64,000 nucleotides of DNA from an uncultured delta proteobacterium (GCA_963810935.1 CAWEPK010000005.1:224001-288000); one strand, 5' to 3'. Positions 40,082 through 51,288 are shown, numbered from the stretch's first letter. Program-made: numbers and translations. The notes: generated by a model not told the origin, from the sequence alone.

Positions 40082-41687
40082 CTAGGGTTTACGCAGCCTG
40101 TCGACACGGTCCAGCACCATGACCCGGACGTCCTGGCCAGGCTTCATCTCCAGACACGTCTCGTACTGCTCCATCGCAAGGCCCTTATCGCCCTCCGCCT
40201 CGTGACACCTGCCCAGGATGTAATGCCCCCTGGCATAATACGGGTTCAGCTCGATGGCCCTGACGGACGTGTTCCTGGCCTCTTCGAATCGCGAGCCGTC
40301 TAGGTAGACTTCCGCCAGAGCGCACAGGAAATCGGGATAGGAAACACCGGAGGCCGCGAGGAAGACCCCGTGCTCGGCAGCCTGCTCGTGCTTTCCCAGC
40401 ATCTTCTGGGCATAGAAAAGGTTGAGCCTCGCTTTCGAGTACCGGGCGTTGAGCCTCACGGCTTCCGCAAAGCAGGCCTCCGCCTCTGCGGGCTGGTTCA
40501 CCTTCATGTAAAGCGTGCCCAGGCTGTTGTGGACGTCGGGATAGGCCGGGTGCTCCGCTATGTGGTTCCTGACGAGAGGGATCAGCGTCCCGGCCAGTGA
40601 CGCATCCTCGTCCGCGATGCTGAGGATGACCGAAACCATCTCGGATAAGTCGGGGGTGATCCTTATCGACTTATTGAACTCCGGTATGTTCTTCGTGATC
40701 TCGCTGTCTTTGAGCATCTTCCTTAACACGCCGGCGAAGTTCTCGCCCCGCGAGGAAGCCAGGACGCCCCGTATGGCCTGCAGCATGGTGGCCACGTCCC
40801 CGTCGCCCGGATCGACCGCGTGCAGCTCTTCAAGCTCTTTCAGGCCCTGCTCGAACTGGTCGAGGTAACAGTAAACCGCAGCCAGCTTGATCTTGGCCTC
40901 CTTGTACGAAGGGTTGATCGCCAGCGCGCGCATGAAGCTGCCCCTTGCCTTTTCCCATTCCTTTCGGGAGGTCTGCAAAAGCCCCAGATAATAATGCAGG
41001 TCCGCGTAATCGGGGAACGACGAGATAAGGGCCGTCAGCGCAACGAGCGCTTCGTCGAGCTTGCCAAGGTATATATGGGCCACAACGATCTTGATGCGCG
41101 CCTGTAAGTAATTGTGGTTTATCTCCAGCGCCGACTCGAACGACGCAAGGGCGCGCGCCACCTGTCCCTGTCCGAGAAGCGCGAGACCGAGATTGTAATG
41201 GATATCGGCGTATTGCGGGTTCTTGAAAAGTATCTCTTTGTAGAGCGACGCTGCCCTGTCCCACATCTTGTTGTTGTGGAGGACGACTCCGAACCTCAGC
41301 GCAACGGGAAGGTTGTGGGGATCGACCGAGAGGACCGTGTTGAAGCTGTCTATGGCGCCCTTGAAGTCGCCCAGGTTGTTCTGGCAGACGCCGATGAAGT
41401 AGTTCGAGCTCGTTATAATCGGGGTTGAAGTGGAGGGCCATCTTGAACTCCTCCAGCGCTTCACGGTAGCTCCCGGTAGCGAACAGGACGATTCCCAGGT
41501 TCCTGTGCGACTGGCTCGCATATACGAGAGAAAGGTTGTAGTGCAGGCTTTTCAGCGATCTCTTTTGCGCAAGCAGCTCCTCAAACTTAGCAATCGCCTC
41601 CCTATAATTGTGTTCGTTGAAGAATCGCATGGCCTCATTGTAAAGCTCGTTGCTTCCCAGCGTCCAGATCCTTTTAAAGATCCTCAT
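40082..41687 (-). CDS. Tetratricopeptide repeat protein (frameshift near 41410)
   Basis: Repeated YADIHYNLG, YADLHYYLG, YPDVHNSLG units; ATG abuts the sugar transferase stop. Confidence 0.88.
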
Positions 41688-43135
41688 TATAGCGCTCCCC
41701 TGCGTTCTATAACTGCCTTTATCGTGCGCAAAAGAATCTTGATATCGAGAGCCAGCGACCAGTTCTCGATGTACTGCATGTCAAGCTTCATCCACTCGTC
41801 GAACTTGACTTCGTTCCTGCCCGTTACCTGCCAGAGACACGTAACACCCGGCGTCACCGACAACCGCTTGCGCTGCCAGGGGCGGTACTGGGCGACCTCT
41901 TTGACAATGGGCGGCCTGGGACCAACGAGGCTCATGGTGCCGTTAAACACGTTGAACAACTGGGGCAGCTCGTCAAGACTCGTGCGCCGCAAAAACCGGC
42001 CTGTGCGGGTCAGGCGGGGGTCATTCCTTATCTTGAAGACCGGGCCGTCCATCTCGTTGAGGTACATCACCTGTTCCTGCATCCTGTCCGCCCCGTCGAT
42101 CATGGAGCGGAATTTATACATGGGAAAAAGCCTTCCGTTCTTGCCGACGCGCTCCTGGATGTAAAAGACGGGGCCGGGCGATTCCCTCTTGATAAGGATC
42201 GGAATTACTATCCAGAAGGGCGTACATAGGGCGATGGCGATCCCTGAGACGACAAGGTCTATGAGCCGCTTAAGGAAGAGCAGCTCGGGCCTGTGCCACA
42301 CGGGCTTGAATACGAAAAACGAATAATCCTGCGCGCCTTCGAACCCGACGTAGTCCACTCTTTTCACGAAGGCCGAGACGTTCAGGACAAAGTCGAGGCC
42401 TACAACAGGGCAGCGCAGGGCTAGGCTCCGGATGTCTGCCTGGTTGCCGCCCTCCTGGCCGAAAACAACGCAATCGACAACATGGCTTTCGAGAACCAGC
42501 AAAAGGTCGTCCGTCTTGCCAAGGACATCGAAGCCGTCGATCTTTGTCCCAACCTCTCCCTCGTTGCCCGTCAGGAGCCCGACGACCTTGATCCCCCACT
42601 CGCGGCGCGTCTCGAGCAATTGCGCTGTCTTCAACGCGGATGCATCGGTCCCCACCACGAGCATGTATCTCAGCGATTCCTTCACAGCCGACGACATATC
42701 GACAAGCCGCCTCATCAGCGCCATGTCGGCCATGAAGAGGAGCGAGAGTATGGCCGCAAAGACAACGACGAACCACGCGTAGGCCATCAGCCCCGGATTG
42801 ACGATAAGCATGCACAGGAAAACGATGAAGATGAATAAGCACGGCAGGGTCGTCCCTAACAGGCCCTGATTGATTCTGTACCGGTCATGGGAGGTCGACC
42901 GGCTCGCGAACTGGAAGAAGAACATGGACGGTATCAGAACAAGGGGCAGAAGATGGAGCATCCTGTCCCAGTGGAGGGAGGGCGAAAATACGAACTGCAA
43001 CAGGGGCAGCGACCGCGGGACCGGCCTGATAAGGCCCGCGTAAACGAGCAATGACGCGATGTAAGAGACAAACGTCGCTATGCAATTAAGAAAGAAGAGC
43101 AGCGGCGAATAATACGTCTCCCTGTCCCTAAGCAT
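41687..43135 (-). CDS. Initiating polyprenyl-phosphate sugar phosphotransferase (WcaJ/WbaP-like)
   Basis: LKRLID, YKFRSM, DPRLT..GRFLRRTSLDELPQLFNV..MSLVGPRP, PGVTCLWQV.GR. Confidence 0.95.
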   Translation of the reverse strand: MLRDRETYYSPLLFFLNCIATFVSYIASLLVYAGLIRPVPRSLPLLQFVFSPSLHWDRMLHLLPLVLIPSMFFFQFASRSTSHDRYRINQGLLGTTLPCLFIFIVFLCMLIVNPGLMAYAWFVVVFAAILSLLFMADMALMRRLVDMSSAVKESLRYMLVVGTDASALKTAQLLETRREWGIKVVGLLTGNEGEVGTKIDGFDVLGKTDDLLLVLESHVVDCVVFGQEGGNQADIRSLALRCPVVGLDFVLNVSAFVKRVDYVGFEGAQDYSFFVFKPVWHRPELLFLKRLIDLVVSGIAIALCTPFWIVIPILIKRESPGPVFYIQERVGKNGRLFPMYKFRSMIDGADRMQEQVMYLNEMDGPVFKIRNDPRLTRTGRFLRRTSLDELPQLFNVFNGTMSLVGPRPPIVKEVAQYRPWQRKRLSVTPGVTCLWQVTGRNEVKFDEWMKLDMQYIENWSLALDIKILLRTIKAVIERRGAL

Positions 43136-43185
43136 TCCCTAAACCTGTCCCGTTGATCTTAACATATCCTGCCCGGCGATACCTT

Positions 43186-44802
43186 TCATTTCGTTGGCCC
43201 TTTGGGCGGCGCCAGTCTCAGTATCTCCTCGTCGCCGACGCGCGAGCAGACCTCCGTTTGATATCTGCCGGCAAATGCCCGGTCCACTCCCAGCCGGTTC
43301 ATCTCCTTCCACAGCACGAACCTCCCGGGCCTCATGCCTGCGAGGTAAACGTCGTTCCCTGCGGAAAGGGCGTCTCTTATCCTGCGGTCGATCTCGGACA
43401 GCAGCTTTTCTCCCTTCCTGCCCTGCATCCCCAGGCCGAAGATGGAGAGCGTCTTCCTGTCGGTAAAGTAAGGGATGTAGAGGAAAAGCCTGTCGGTCCC
43501 CGAAGTGATTATCAGGTCGTCTTTCCTCGCCTTATCTTTGAGGGCGGCGGCGATATTATATTCAGCGTTGTTGGCTGTCCTCGTATCCGGCAGGACCGTC
43601 CCGAAAAAATTGACGATGCTTATGATGCAAACAAAAGCGACCGCGACTGCCCCCGGTGCGGACGAGAGAAGCCCCGGTGCGCCCCCCTGCTCCCTGTCTG
43701 CTTGCAGGGCAAGGACCAGCGCAATTGCCCCCCACCAGGAGGCGACCACGGGGACCCAGAACTGGATATCGGCAGGTATCCAGTACAAAGCGAAGGCCGC
43801 GTACAAGAACGCCGATACCGTGAAGAGGACCAATGGAAGGCGCCAGCGGGCGAGCAGTGCGCGCCGGCGAACGATCAACATTGAGGTGATGTAGACCCAC
43901 ATCGCGGAAAGCACCGCGTAGTACGATACGAACAAGACCTTCTGCCACATAGCTGCGAACATGAAGAACGTCCTGATGCCCGCCAGGTAATTGAGCCCCG
44001 GAAACCCGGCGAGGCTTCTCATGAGCCCGAGCGTGCCCGTCGGGAAACTCTGCCTGCTGAAGACACCCCAGAGCCCCACCTCCTGCAAAGACAACTGCCA
44101 GTGCACGAAGCCTTTCAGCGTCGAGACCCCATACACCACGTGCGCGACGAGGAGATGGCACCCGGAGACTATAACGAAGACCGTGAGAAGATAGATGCCT
44201 ATCAGCCTTATTTTCGATGCAGCTTTCCCAAAGTCCCCCAATATGTATGCGAGTCCTATAACAGGCACCATGAAGACGCCCGTCTCGTAAGAGAGGATGG
44301 CGGCGGCGGTCAGAAGGCCCGCGGCCACGGCATTGCGGGGCGCGGCAAGCCGGTGCGGTGGCAATGCGATCGCAAAGACCAACAGCGCGATGTTCAACGC
44401 CAGGGGGAACGTAACAACCTCGACGTCCGTGCTGAAGAGCCAGACGGCGAAGCACGTGCCGAAGCCGAATGAGACGAGGGCTGTAACGCGCCACATGCCC
44501 GTCATCCGCAGGACGAGGAACGCGAAGAGCGCAACGGAGACGGCCCCCCAGAAGGCGCTGAACATCTGCAGGGGCAGGATGGCGTTTCCGGTCCACCCGA
44601 GGAGCTTCCACAACGCGTACCACGCGAAGATGGACGCATCGTAAAGCATGTGGTTCGGCATGAGGGAGACGTGTGACGATTCCGTTGCCATAAGGAACTG
44701 GACCCCGTCACCGAGGTAATTTCTGGAAAGGGTCGCAAGGTATACGATGAATGCGGCTGCGCCGATACCGGAGAATATATATATCTGTTTACGCGCCTCC
44801 AT
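43186..44802 (-). CDS. Polytopic membrane protein, GT-C/DUF2723-like
   Basis: More than 10 TM segments; YLATL..GDG..F, PNHMLY, soluble C-terminal tail. Confidence 0.6.
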   Translation of the reverse strand: MEARKQIYIFSGIGAAAFIVYLATLSRNYLGDGVQFLMATESSHVSLMPNHMLYDASIFAWYALWKLLGWTGNAILPLQMFSAFWGAVSVALFAFLVLRMTGMWRVTALVSFGFGTCFAVWLFSTDVEVVTFPLALNIALLVFAIALPPHRLAAPRNAVAAGLLTAAAILSYETGVFMVPVIGLAYILGDFGKAASKIRLIGIYLLTVFVIVSGCHLLVAHVVYGVSTLKGFVHWQLSLQEVGLWGVFSRQSFPTGTLGLMRSLAGFPGLNYLAGIRTFFMFAAMWQKVLFVSYYAVLSAMWVYITSMLIVRRRALLARWRLPLVLFTVSAFLYAAFALYWIPADIQFWVPVVASWWGAIALVLALQADREQGGAPGLLSSAPGAVAVAFVCIISIVNFFGTVLPDTRTANNAEYNIAAALKDKARKDDLIITSGTDRLFLYIPYFTDRKTLSIFGLGMQGRKGEKLLSEIDRRIRDALSAGNDVYLAGMRPGRFVLWKEMNRLGVDRAFAGRYQTEVCSRVGDEEILRLAPPKGPTK

Positions 44803-44813
44803 GCGCGTGTCCG

Positions 44814-45938
44814 CTAATTGCTGCACGATGCCGCGCCTTGCCCGTCGCCCAGGCATTCCCGGAACAGCCTTTCGTAGTCGTCCGTTACCTTTTCCCACGT
44901 GAAGCGCTCAAGGACCGTCTGCACCGCCCTCTTTCGATAATATTCAACCGGTACGTCCCCGCGGACGACCATCTCCATCTTCTCGCGCAGGTCGTCCTCG
45001 CTCTCTTTTTCGAAAACTACCGCTGCGTCGCCTGCGACCTCGATGTTTTCCGGCGTCCCGTTCACGATCACGCAATTGCCGAAGCCCATAGCCTCGATAA
45101 GGGCCGGGTGCGTCCCGCCGACGGACGTCGCGTGCACGTAACAGTAAGCGTGGGACTGTAGCTCCCTGTAGCCCTTGCCGAACACGTAGCCTGCAAATAC
45201 GATCCTCGGGTCCCTGGTGCTTTTCAACGTCTCGATATAGTCCCTGGCGTAAGGGGCGTCGCCCACGATCACCAGCTTCATGTCCGTGGCGACCTTCTCG
45301 AATGCCTTAATGACGAGGTGGGCGTTATTTTCGGGCTCCAGCCTGCTCACATAGAGGATATAGCGGCCGGGCTCTACGCCGAGGTTCTCCAGGGCCTCGA
45401 TGCTCGGGGCCTTCTCAACGGTCGCGCCGTACGGGATGAAGACCGTCTCTTTTCCGTACGTCTCCCTGTAGTAATCCCTGATAACCAGGGCGTCGGAAAG
45501 GGTCACGTCCGGGAAGACGGTAGAGCAGATCTCCCCTATCCTGTACCATGCCCTGCCAAGGGCGTTCCATTTGGCCCGCTTCCTCTCGATCCCGTCGACG
45601 TTGATGACGACCTTCTGTCCGCCTATCCGGGGGATGAACGATAACGGACCGTTCGCGGCATTGCAAAGCAGGACGATGTCAAAGCGACGGAAAAGGGCGT
45701 GGACCAGGGAAATAAACGTGTGCACCACCGTATCGAGGTATTTGTGGCTGATGGTGGGCAGGATCGCGATCTCAACGCCTTTATAAAATTTCTGCCGGTA
45801 ATCGATTATGTTCGACCTGCCGTAAACCGTTACCTCGTGCCCTTTTTCAACAAGCCGCGTGCCCAGCTCTTCGGCAAAGGTCTCGAACCCTCCGTAACAT
45901 GCAGGTATGCCCCTGGTCCCGATGATGGCTATCTTCAT
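44814..45938 (-). CDS. Glycosyltransferase family 4 (DUF1972 type)
   Basis: IIGTRGIPACYGGFETF, VSRLEPENN, VGGTHPALIEAM. Confidence 0.93.
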   Translation of the reverse strand: MKIAIIGTRGIPACYGGFETFAEELGTRLVEKGHEVTVYGRSNIIDYRQKFYKGVEIAILPTISHKYLDTVVHTFISLVHALFRRFDIVLLCNAANGPLSFIPRIGGQKVVINVDGIERKRAKWNALGRAWYRIGEICSTVFPDVTLSDALVIRDYYRETYGKETVFIPYGATVEKAPSIEALENLGVEPGRYILYVSRLEPENNAHLVIKAFEKVATDMKLVIVGDAPYARDYIETLKSTRDPRIVFAGYVFGKGYRELQSHAYCYVHATSVGGTHPALIEAMGFGNCVIVNGTPENIEVAGDAAVVFEKESEDDLREKMEMVVRGDVPVEYYRKRAVQTVLERFTWEKVTDDYERLFRECLGDGQGAASCSN

Positions 45939-45945
45939 GGCCGGC

Positions 45946-46731
45946 TCATGCCGTCCGCTCCCCTACGATAGTGTAGGTGAGCCACTTCCGGCCCCGGTAT
46001 TTCTGCAAAGAGTAGCTGACTGTGGACTTTCCGAACCCCAGTGTCCGCAAAAACGCCTTGACCACCGCCGGTGACAAGAACCACCAGGTATCCGGGTGCT
46101 CGAAGCCGCTCACCCTGGGCACGAAGGTCATGTGCGGCCGGGGCAGAATACCGCTCAGCAGATAATAGGGAATGAACCGGTTCCAGATCACGTCCGTCAC
46201 TATGACCTTCTCGCGCGTCAGGGAAAGGGCGCTCTGGAGTGCAGCGAAAGGATTTTGGAGATGGACAAGGACTGCGCAGAAGGTCGTTATATCGACCTCC
46301 CCTATCTCGCGCGGGACGTGGTAAGTCGTTCCATAGACCACCCTGCTTTTCGACTCGTACACCTTATGGGAGAACCAGAACGCATTATTTATCTTCGCCA
46401 GGCCTTCTTTAAACTCCTCAACTTTTTTGTCGTGATCGTATCCGGCGAAAGGGACCACGTCCCATGTATAATTTTCGTTAAGATCGTAAGCAACCACGTC
46501 CGCGCCCTGCTTTTCCATGTAGAAACAGAGACAGCCGCTTGCTGTGCCTATCTCGAGCACCCTCTTGCCCGAAAAATCGACCCTGCCGAGATAATCGGCC
46601 TCCCGGCCCCTAAGGTCCCACGATCCTTTCATCGTCCCGTATCCAGGCAGGTCCATCGTGTGGTAGAAAATACAATCACCGATGTCCTCGACGATTTTGG
46701 GCGTTGCGTAAATAATACGACCCCCCGCCAT
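45946..46731 (-). CDS. Class I SAM-dependent methyltransferase
   Basis: FYHTMDLPG, KRVLEIGTASG, VLVHLQNP; AGGAGG RBS. Confidence 0.85.
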   Translation of the reverse strand: MAGGRIIYATPKIVEDIGDCIFYHTMDLPGYGTMKGSWDLRGREADYLGRVDFSGKRVLEIGTASGCLCFYMEKQGADVVAYDLNENYTWDVVPFAGYDHDKKVEEFKEGLAKINNAFWFSHKVYESKSRVVYGTTYHVPREIGEVDITTFCAVLVHLQNPFAALQSALSLTREKVIVTDVIWNRFIPYYLLSGILPRPHMTFVPRVSGFEHPDTWWFLSPAVVKAFLRTLGFGKSTVSYSLQKYRGRKWLTYTIVGERTA

Positions 46732-46810
46732 ACTACCTCCTCCTGCCATACAGCGCACCTCTCCCGTGTCCGAATTGCTCTATTGTTTATTCGTCCGATT
46801 GGGTCCCGGC

Positions 46811-49204
46811 TTAAGGATGACTGCCTTTTCTTGCGGCCAGGTATCCCCATGTGTAGGCGTTCGGGCCTATTGTCTGGTGTACCGTAAACTCGCACATAAT
46901 GGGATACCAGTAGACGTCCCAGTAGGTTTCCATCACGGGCCACTGCCTCGATTCGGGATAGCAGTACCGGGCCAGCGTCCGGTACGGCTCGGAATCGAAG
47001 CCCCCGACGAGGCTGATATCGAGGGGGCCCAGGACCGTAATCCCCGGCGGGGGCGCCTGGTTCGTCACGCGGGAATCAAAATGCATCGGGTGCAGGGGGC
47101 TTTTCCATCCCAGACCCGTAGTGTAGCTCATGTTGAGCGGGTTGGCGCCGGCCCCGGCCTGGCAGGCAAGGACGGCCGCCTTCAGGTACTTCGCGTCCCC
47201 CGTCATATAGTGGGCGCGCAGCACGTTTATGCTGTCCGATACGGTGAACGCGCCGGCGAAAGGCGGTCTGTACGGGTCCTTCATCCAGCGGAAGCCCGCC
47301 TGCTGCTGGGCATTCATGCGCCTTCCGGCTTCCTTGACAATGTTCTCCCTGCAGCGCGCCTTCAGGCCGTTGTCGATTGCGCTTTGCCTGTCTGAGCGTA
47401 TGCAGACCCAGGCGGCCTCCATCTGGCCGGAAGTTTTGGGGCGGTCCGGGCCGGAGAGGTCGATTGAAGCCAGGAATATATCGCGCCACGATTTTGCGCC
47501 TGTAAGGCGAAGCAGCTCCGCTGCAGCGAGGCCCCTCGATTCTTTCACCGGGTCGGGCCAGCGCTCTCTTGTGCCCAGCTCCCGCTCGGCCCAGGTCATG
47601 GCCGAAAGTGCGCTTTCACCGTATTCTTTCGACAAGGCGGGACTGCGCGTCTTCAGGGTGTAAGCGGCAGCGGCGGCAGCGGCGGCATATTCGTAGCTCG
47701 ACCATGCATCGGGCGCATAGGCCATGACGAGCTGCGATTCCTGCCAGCTTCCCTCCCCGTAACGCGGGTGGGCTTCCGATTCGATGCCGCCCCGCACCCC
47801 GCCCTCTTTCGTTTGGAGCCGCTTGTAAAAATCGACGTCCCAGAGGGCCTCCCGGATGATGCCGGGGAGGCCGTCAGGGCCGGGGAGGTTTAAATCCAGG
47901 CGCTCGAAATAATCGGGGAAAAGCTCGTAGAGCTCGAGGAGCGTCCTCGAAACAGAGAGGTGCTGAATGCGCCGGTCCCAGTCGCCTGCGTCGCAATATC
48001 CGCCCCATGCATTGGGGACTATATCGCCTGTCCTTCCCTGCACCAGTTTTGTGAAGGCATCGTTTTTCGCCTCCAGGCCGTTCGATGTCTCCATGAGCGT
48101 CGTTTTTGAGGCGTAGACCCTGACGCCGTCTTCCGGATGGAAGTTCCGCGGCCGCCGGAAGTTCGTATACGGCGGCCCCAGCTCAATGCCGCTCCTCTGG
48201 TGGTAAAGTCCCCGCACGGAGACGTAGAATGCCTTCTGCCAGACATCGTCCCGGATATCGAAAGGATGGGAGCAACCGACGCCTTCAACGCAGACCCGGT
48301 ATGTCCCAGGCTTAGCAAGGGGGCTGAAGTCCGCAATATAGACGTCGACGCCGTTGAAGTTCCTGCCGTAAGTATCCTCGGTGGGATCGCTGCCCCGTTT
48401 TGTAAGTTTTATGCCGCCCCTGAACTGAACGGCATCGCTTTTGTCATCAATGACGGAGAACGGGGTCCCCTCGCGGAAGGCACGCGCCCCTCCGCTGCCC
48501 ATCCAAAGGGATAGGAAAGCCGTTTTTGACGGGTCGTCCGGCCTGAAGCCTATCTGGCTCACGTGGACCGCCTCGCTGATGGTGCGGGCAGGGTCGTATA
48601 CGAAAGCCTGCTCCGGGACGCCGGGGACGGGGAGCCTGACCGAGTACTTCTTCCCGGGCTTCAAGGGGTCGGCCAGCTTCAGGTAGACCGTGTGCTCAAC
48701 CGGCGCGTCGAAAGTGCCCCCCATACAGGCAAGGTCGGTCGGCTTGCTCTTGCGGAAGACTGTTTCAGGGCTCTTGGGAGAGGCATAGGCCGCATCGTCG
48801 GCTGAAGAGATGGCGTACCCCTCGGGCCTGTCGAAAAGCGCGGGGTCAGGCCTCTCGCCGGCAACCCGGTCGAGGGATATCATCTTGCCCTCCTTGCGGA
48901 TGAGGGCCCCCACCATCTTAGTCCCCCGGAATACCCAGAAGGTGCCTTCCTCTCCCGTGGCGACCCTGTCGTTCTTCTGCTGGCTGTAAGGCTCCTGTCT
49001 TCCGTACTCGACGCGTCCCGCCCTTATCGTTATCGAAACGATATTCGGCCCAACAACGCCTATGGACTCGACTGCCGGCTTTTCAGGCTTTGCGGCCTCG
49101 GGCGACGGGCCGGCAGGCTTACCGCAGAAAGCGAAAACGAATGAGGCGGCAAGCAGGAGGGCAAGCCGGACCCGGCCGGGTGTTTTATATTGGTTCTGAA
49201 TCAC
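46811..49204 (-). CDS. Secreted glycoside hydrolase family 9 with Ig-like domain
   Basis: VHVSQIGF, LYHQRSG, WGGYCDAGDWDR, GANPLNMSYTTGLG..P.H, CEFT. Confidence 0.88.
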   Translation of the reverse strand: MIQNQYKTPGRVRLALLLAASFVFAFCGKPAGPSPEAAKPEKPAVESIGVVGPNIVSITIRAGRVEYGRQEPYSQQKNDRVATGEEGTFWVFRGTKMVGALIRKEGKMISLDRVAGERPDPALFDRPEGYAISSADDAAYASPKSPETVFRKSKPTDLACMGGTFDAPVEHTVYLKLADPLKPGKKYSVRLPVPGVPEQAFVYDPARTISEAVHVSQIGFRPDDPSKTAFLSLWMGSGGARAFREGTPFSVIDDKSDAVQFRGGIKLTKRGSDPTEDTYGRNFNGVDVYIADFSPLAKPGTYRVCVEGVGCSHPFDIRDDVWQKAFYVSVRGLYHQRSGIELGPPYTNFRRPRNFHPEDGVRVYASKTTLMETSNGLEAKNDAFTKLVQGRTGDIVPNAWGGYCDAGDWDRRIQHLSVSRTLLELYELFPDYFERLDLNLPGPDGLPGIIREALWDVDFYKRLQTKEGGVRGGIESEAHPRYGEGSWQESQLVMAYAPDAWSSYEYAAAAAAAAYTLKTRSPALSKEYGESALSAMTWAERELGTRERWPDPVKESRGLAAAELLRLTGAKSWRDIFLASIDLSGPDRPKTSGQMEAAWVCIRSDRQSAIDNGLKARCRENIVKEAGRRMNAQQQAGFRWMKDPYRPPFAGAFTVSDSINVLRAHYMTGDAKYLKAAVLACQAGAGANPLNMSYTTGLGWKSPLHPMHFDSRVTNQAPPPGITVLGPLDISLVGGFDSEPYRTLARYCYPESRQWPVMETYWDVYWYPIMCEFTVHQTIGPNAYTWGYLAARKGSHP

Positions 49205-49210
49205 GGTTGT

Positions 49211-49732
49211 CTAAGGACCGGTAGGATCACGTATGAAAGTGGACGGCGACGGGGGTACATCGTCGCATGCGACGACTTCGACTGCAACCCACATGCAGTT
49301 GTTCATGTTCGCGAGCCTTACGGGAATTAACCGATAGATATTCCCGTCGCACGCGAATTCGGGGGGCCGGACGTTAACGACTGCGCTGGCGTTCGCGTCC
49401 TTCCGCAGCGCCTCTATATCGTACTGGCAACTGAAGACCGGCACGCCGGGGTTGAGGACGACGTATTTTCCCTTAATCACCAGGTCCAAAAAATCGACGT
49501 GGAGCGGGTCGGGATGGAGGTCGAGCATGTTGAGGGTCTGGTTGGCCGTTTCGCCCTTCCTGTACATCCGCGCCTCGTGCCTGAACAGGTAACAGACACG
49601 CTCGATCAGGTTCGGCTCGGAAACGGCGAAACTGGCCCTTTTCACGTAACACTGGGTAGACCATGCCTGTAAGGGACAGAAAATGACAGCGAGCATGATA
49701 AGACCGATCGCTCGCCGTATTGCGTGCTTCAT
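49211..49732 (-). CDS. Secreted hypothetical protein
   Basis: AGGAGG RBS, signal peptide, several Cys. Confidence 0.65.
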   Translation of the reverse strand: MKHAIRRAIGLIMLAVIFCPLQAWSTQCYVKRASFAVSEPNLIERVCYLFRHEARMYRKGETANQTLNMLDLHPDPLHVDFLDLVIKGKYVVLNPGVPVFSCQYDIEALRKDANASAVVNVRPPEFACDGNIYRLIPVRLANMNNCMWVAVEVVACDDVPPSPSTFIRDPTGP

Positions 49733-49791
49733 TATTGCCTCCTTAAACTGCGGACGCCCCGTGCGCCCCTATTGTAACATAATTCGGGATG

Positions 49792-51288
49792 TCAGCCACC
49801 CGTGCGCTCAAGGGCCGCAGGATCGACGTTTCTTCCGCGGGGAGCGCCCGTTTCCCTGTTCTCTTTCTCGGAGAATAAGGCCAGGAAGCCGGCAGGGGCC
49901 GCCCGCACGACGAACACCAGCAACGCGTATAGACCCAGGGAAATCAACACCCTGAGAATAGGCATAACGCCCGAAAGGAGAACGTTCAGCACGACATAAA
50001 GAAGAACGTTCAGGCAGCCTATCTTCACCCACTTCCGCCATCGGAACACATTGCCCAGGCGGCCCGTCACGTAGCAGAACGTGACGGTTGCCAGGAATGT
50101 CTCGCAGCCCAGGGCGACCCATGCGGCGCCCCGGAAGCTGTAATGGGGGATCAGGAAATAATTGAAACCGAGGCAGAGCGCTGCCGCGCTCGCCGCGCTC
50201 CAGTAAGCATACTTGACGGAACCGATGCCTATGGCGGCGGCAGACGAGAAAAGAGAATAAAAGATAACGACGCAAATCCATGCCATGATGTCGAGGACGG
50301 GCGCGGCGGCCGCGAAGGCCTTACCGAACAGGAGGGTAACAACGCTCCCCGACACAACGGGAACGACGATGGCAATGGGGACCGCAACGATGGCAACGAT
50401 CTCGATCAGGGGAACGAACATCCGCTTAAGCGCGTCGACGCCGCTCAGAGCCCTTGCTGCGAAGACCGGTATGAGAGGCGCGGAAAGGGCCGCCGCAAGC
50501 AGGGCCGAAAGCTCCACGAACCTATAGCCCGCGTTGTATATGGCTACGGCATCGTCCGATTTCATGGCGGCCAGCATTAGGATCGGGATACGCGCCGTAA
50601 CGATGACGAACAGGGACGAAACACCCAGGGGGACGGCCAGCTTGAGTATGCTTTTGGTGAGGGGCAGGTCCGGAACAAAGACCGGCCTTATGGACCTCCA
50701 GGACAGAGAGAATGCAACGATTGCATATATCGTGTTCGACACTACAAACGCACACACTATGAATAGAAGGTTTTTTGTGAACATCAGGACCAGGGTCAGG
50801 AAAAGGCAGTAGCTCACGCCGTAGGAAACCGACGAATAAGTGGAGTGCCACGGTCTCCGGTATACCTGGAAAATGGGCTCGAAGAAGCGGGCGGCGAGGA
50901 ATGGGATGGCCAGCATGCCCGGAAGAAGGATGGGAAACAGGTCCCTCCTTAGATAGAAGGCCGCAATAATGCCGAAGGGGATCACCGCCAGGCTGAGGGC
51001 CACCCTCAGGAACAGGAAATTGCCCCAGTACAGGCCCGCCTGCTTCTCTTCCTGCGTTATGCCCCTGCCCAGGACCGAGCACATGCCGGAGTCCGCTATG
51101 GCGGCGAAAAGGCCCAGAAAGGCGAGCACATATGAGAACTTACCGAAGAACTCGATGCCCGCTATGCGGCCGATGATAATATAGGAGACAAAATTGGCGC
51201 CGAAAGAGACGGCCCTTCCGATGGCCTGGCTTGCCAGGTTGAGAAAGTACTGGCTCTCAAGGCTCTGTCGCCTGGCGGTCCGGATCAC
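49792..51288 (-). CDS. wzx: Wzx-type flippase
   Basis: About 14 TM segments; FGKFSY, AVAIYNAGYRF, LLFGKAF..AAPVL, LIPHY..GAA. Confidence 0.88.
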   Translation of the reverse strand: MIRTARRQSLESQYFLNLASQAIGRAVSFGANFVSYIIIGRIAGIEFFGKFSYVLAFLGLFAAIADSGMCSVLGRGITQEEKQAGLYWGNFLFLRVALSLAVIPFGIIAAFYLRRDLFPILLPGMLAIPFLAARFFEPIFQVYRRPWHSTYSSVSYGVSYCLFLTLVLMFTKNLLFIVCAFVVSNTIYAIVAFSLSWRSIRPVFVPDLPLTKSILKLAVPLGVSSLFVIVTARIPILMLAAMKSDDAVAIYNAGYRFVELSALLAAALSAPLIPVFAARALSGVDALKRMFVPLIEIVAIVAVPIAIVVPVVSGSVVTLLFGKAFAAAAPVLDIMAWICVVIFYSLFSSAAAIGIGSVKYAYWSAASAAALCLGFNYFLIPHYSFRGAAWVALGCETFLATVTFCYVTGRLGNVFRWRKWVKIGCLNVLLYVVLNVLLSGVMPILRVLISLGLYALLVFVVRAAPAGFLALFSEKENRETGAPRGRNVDPAALERTGG

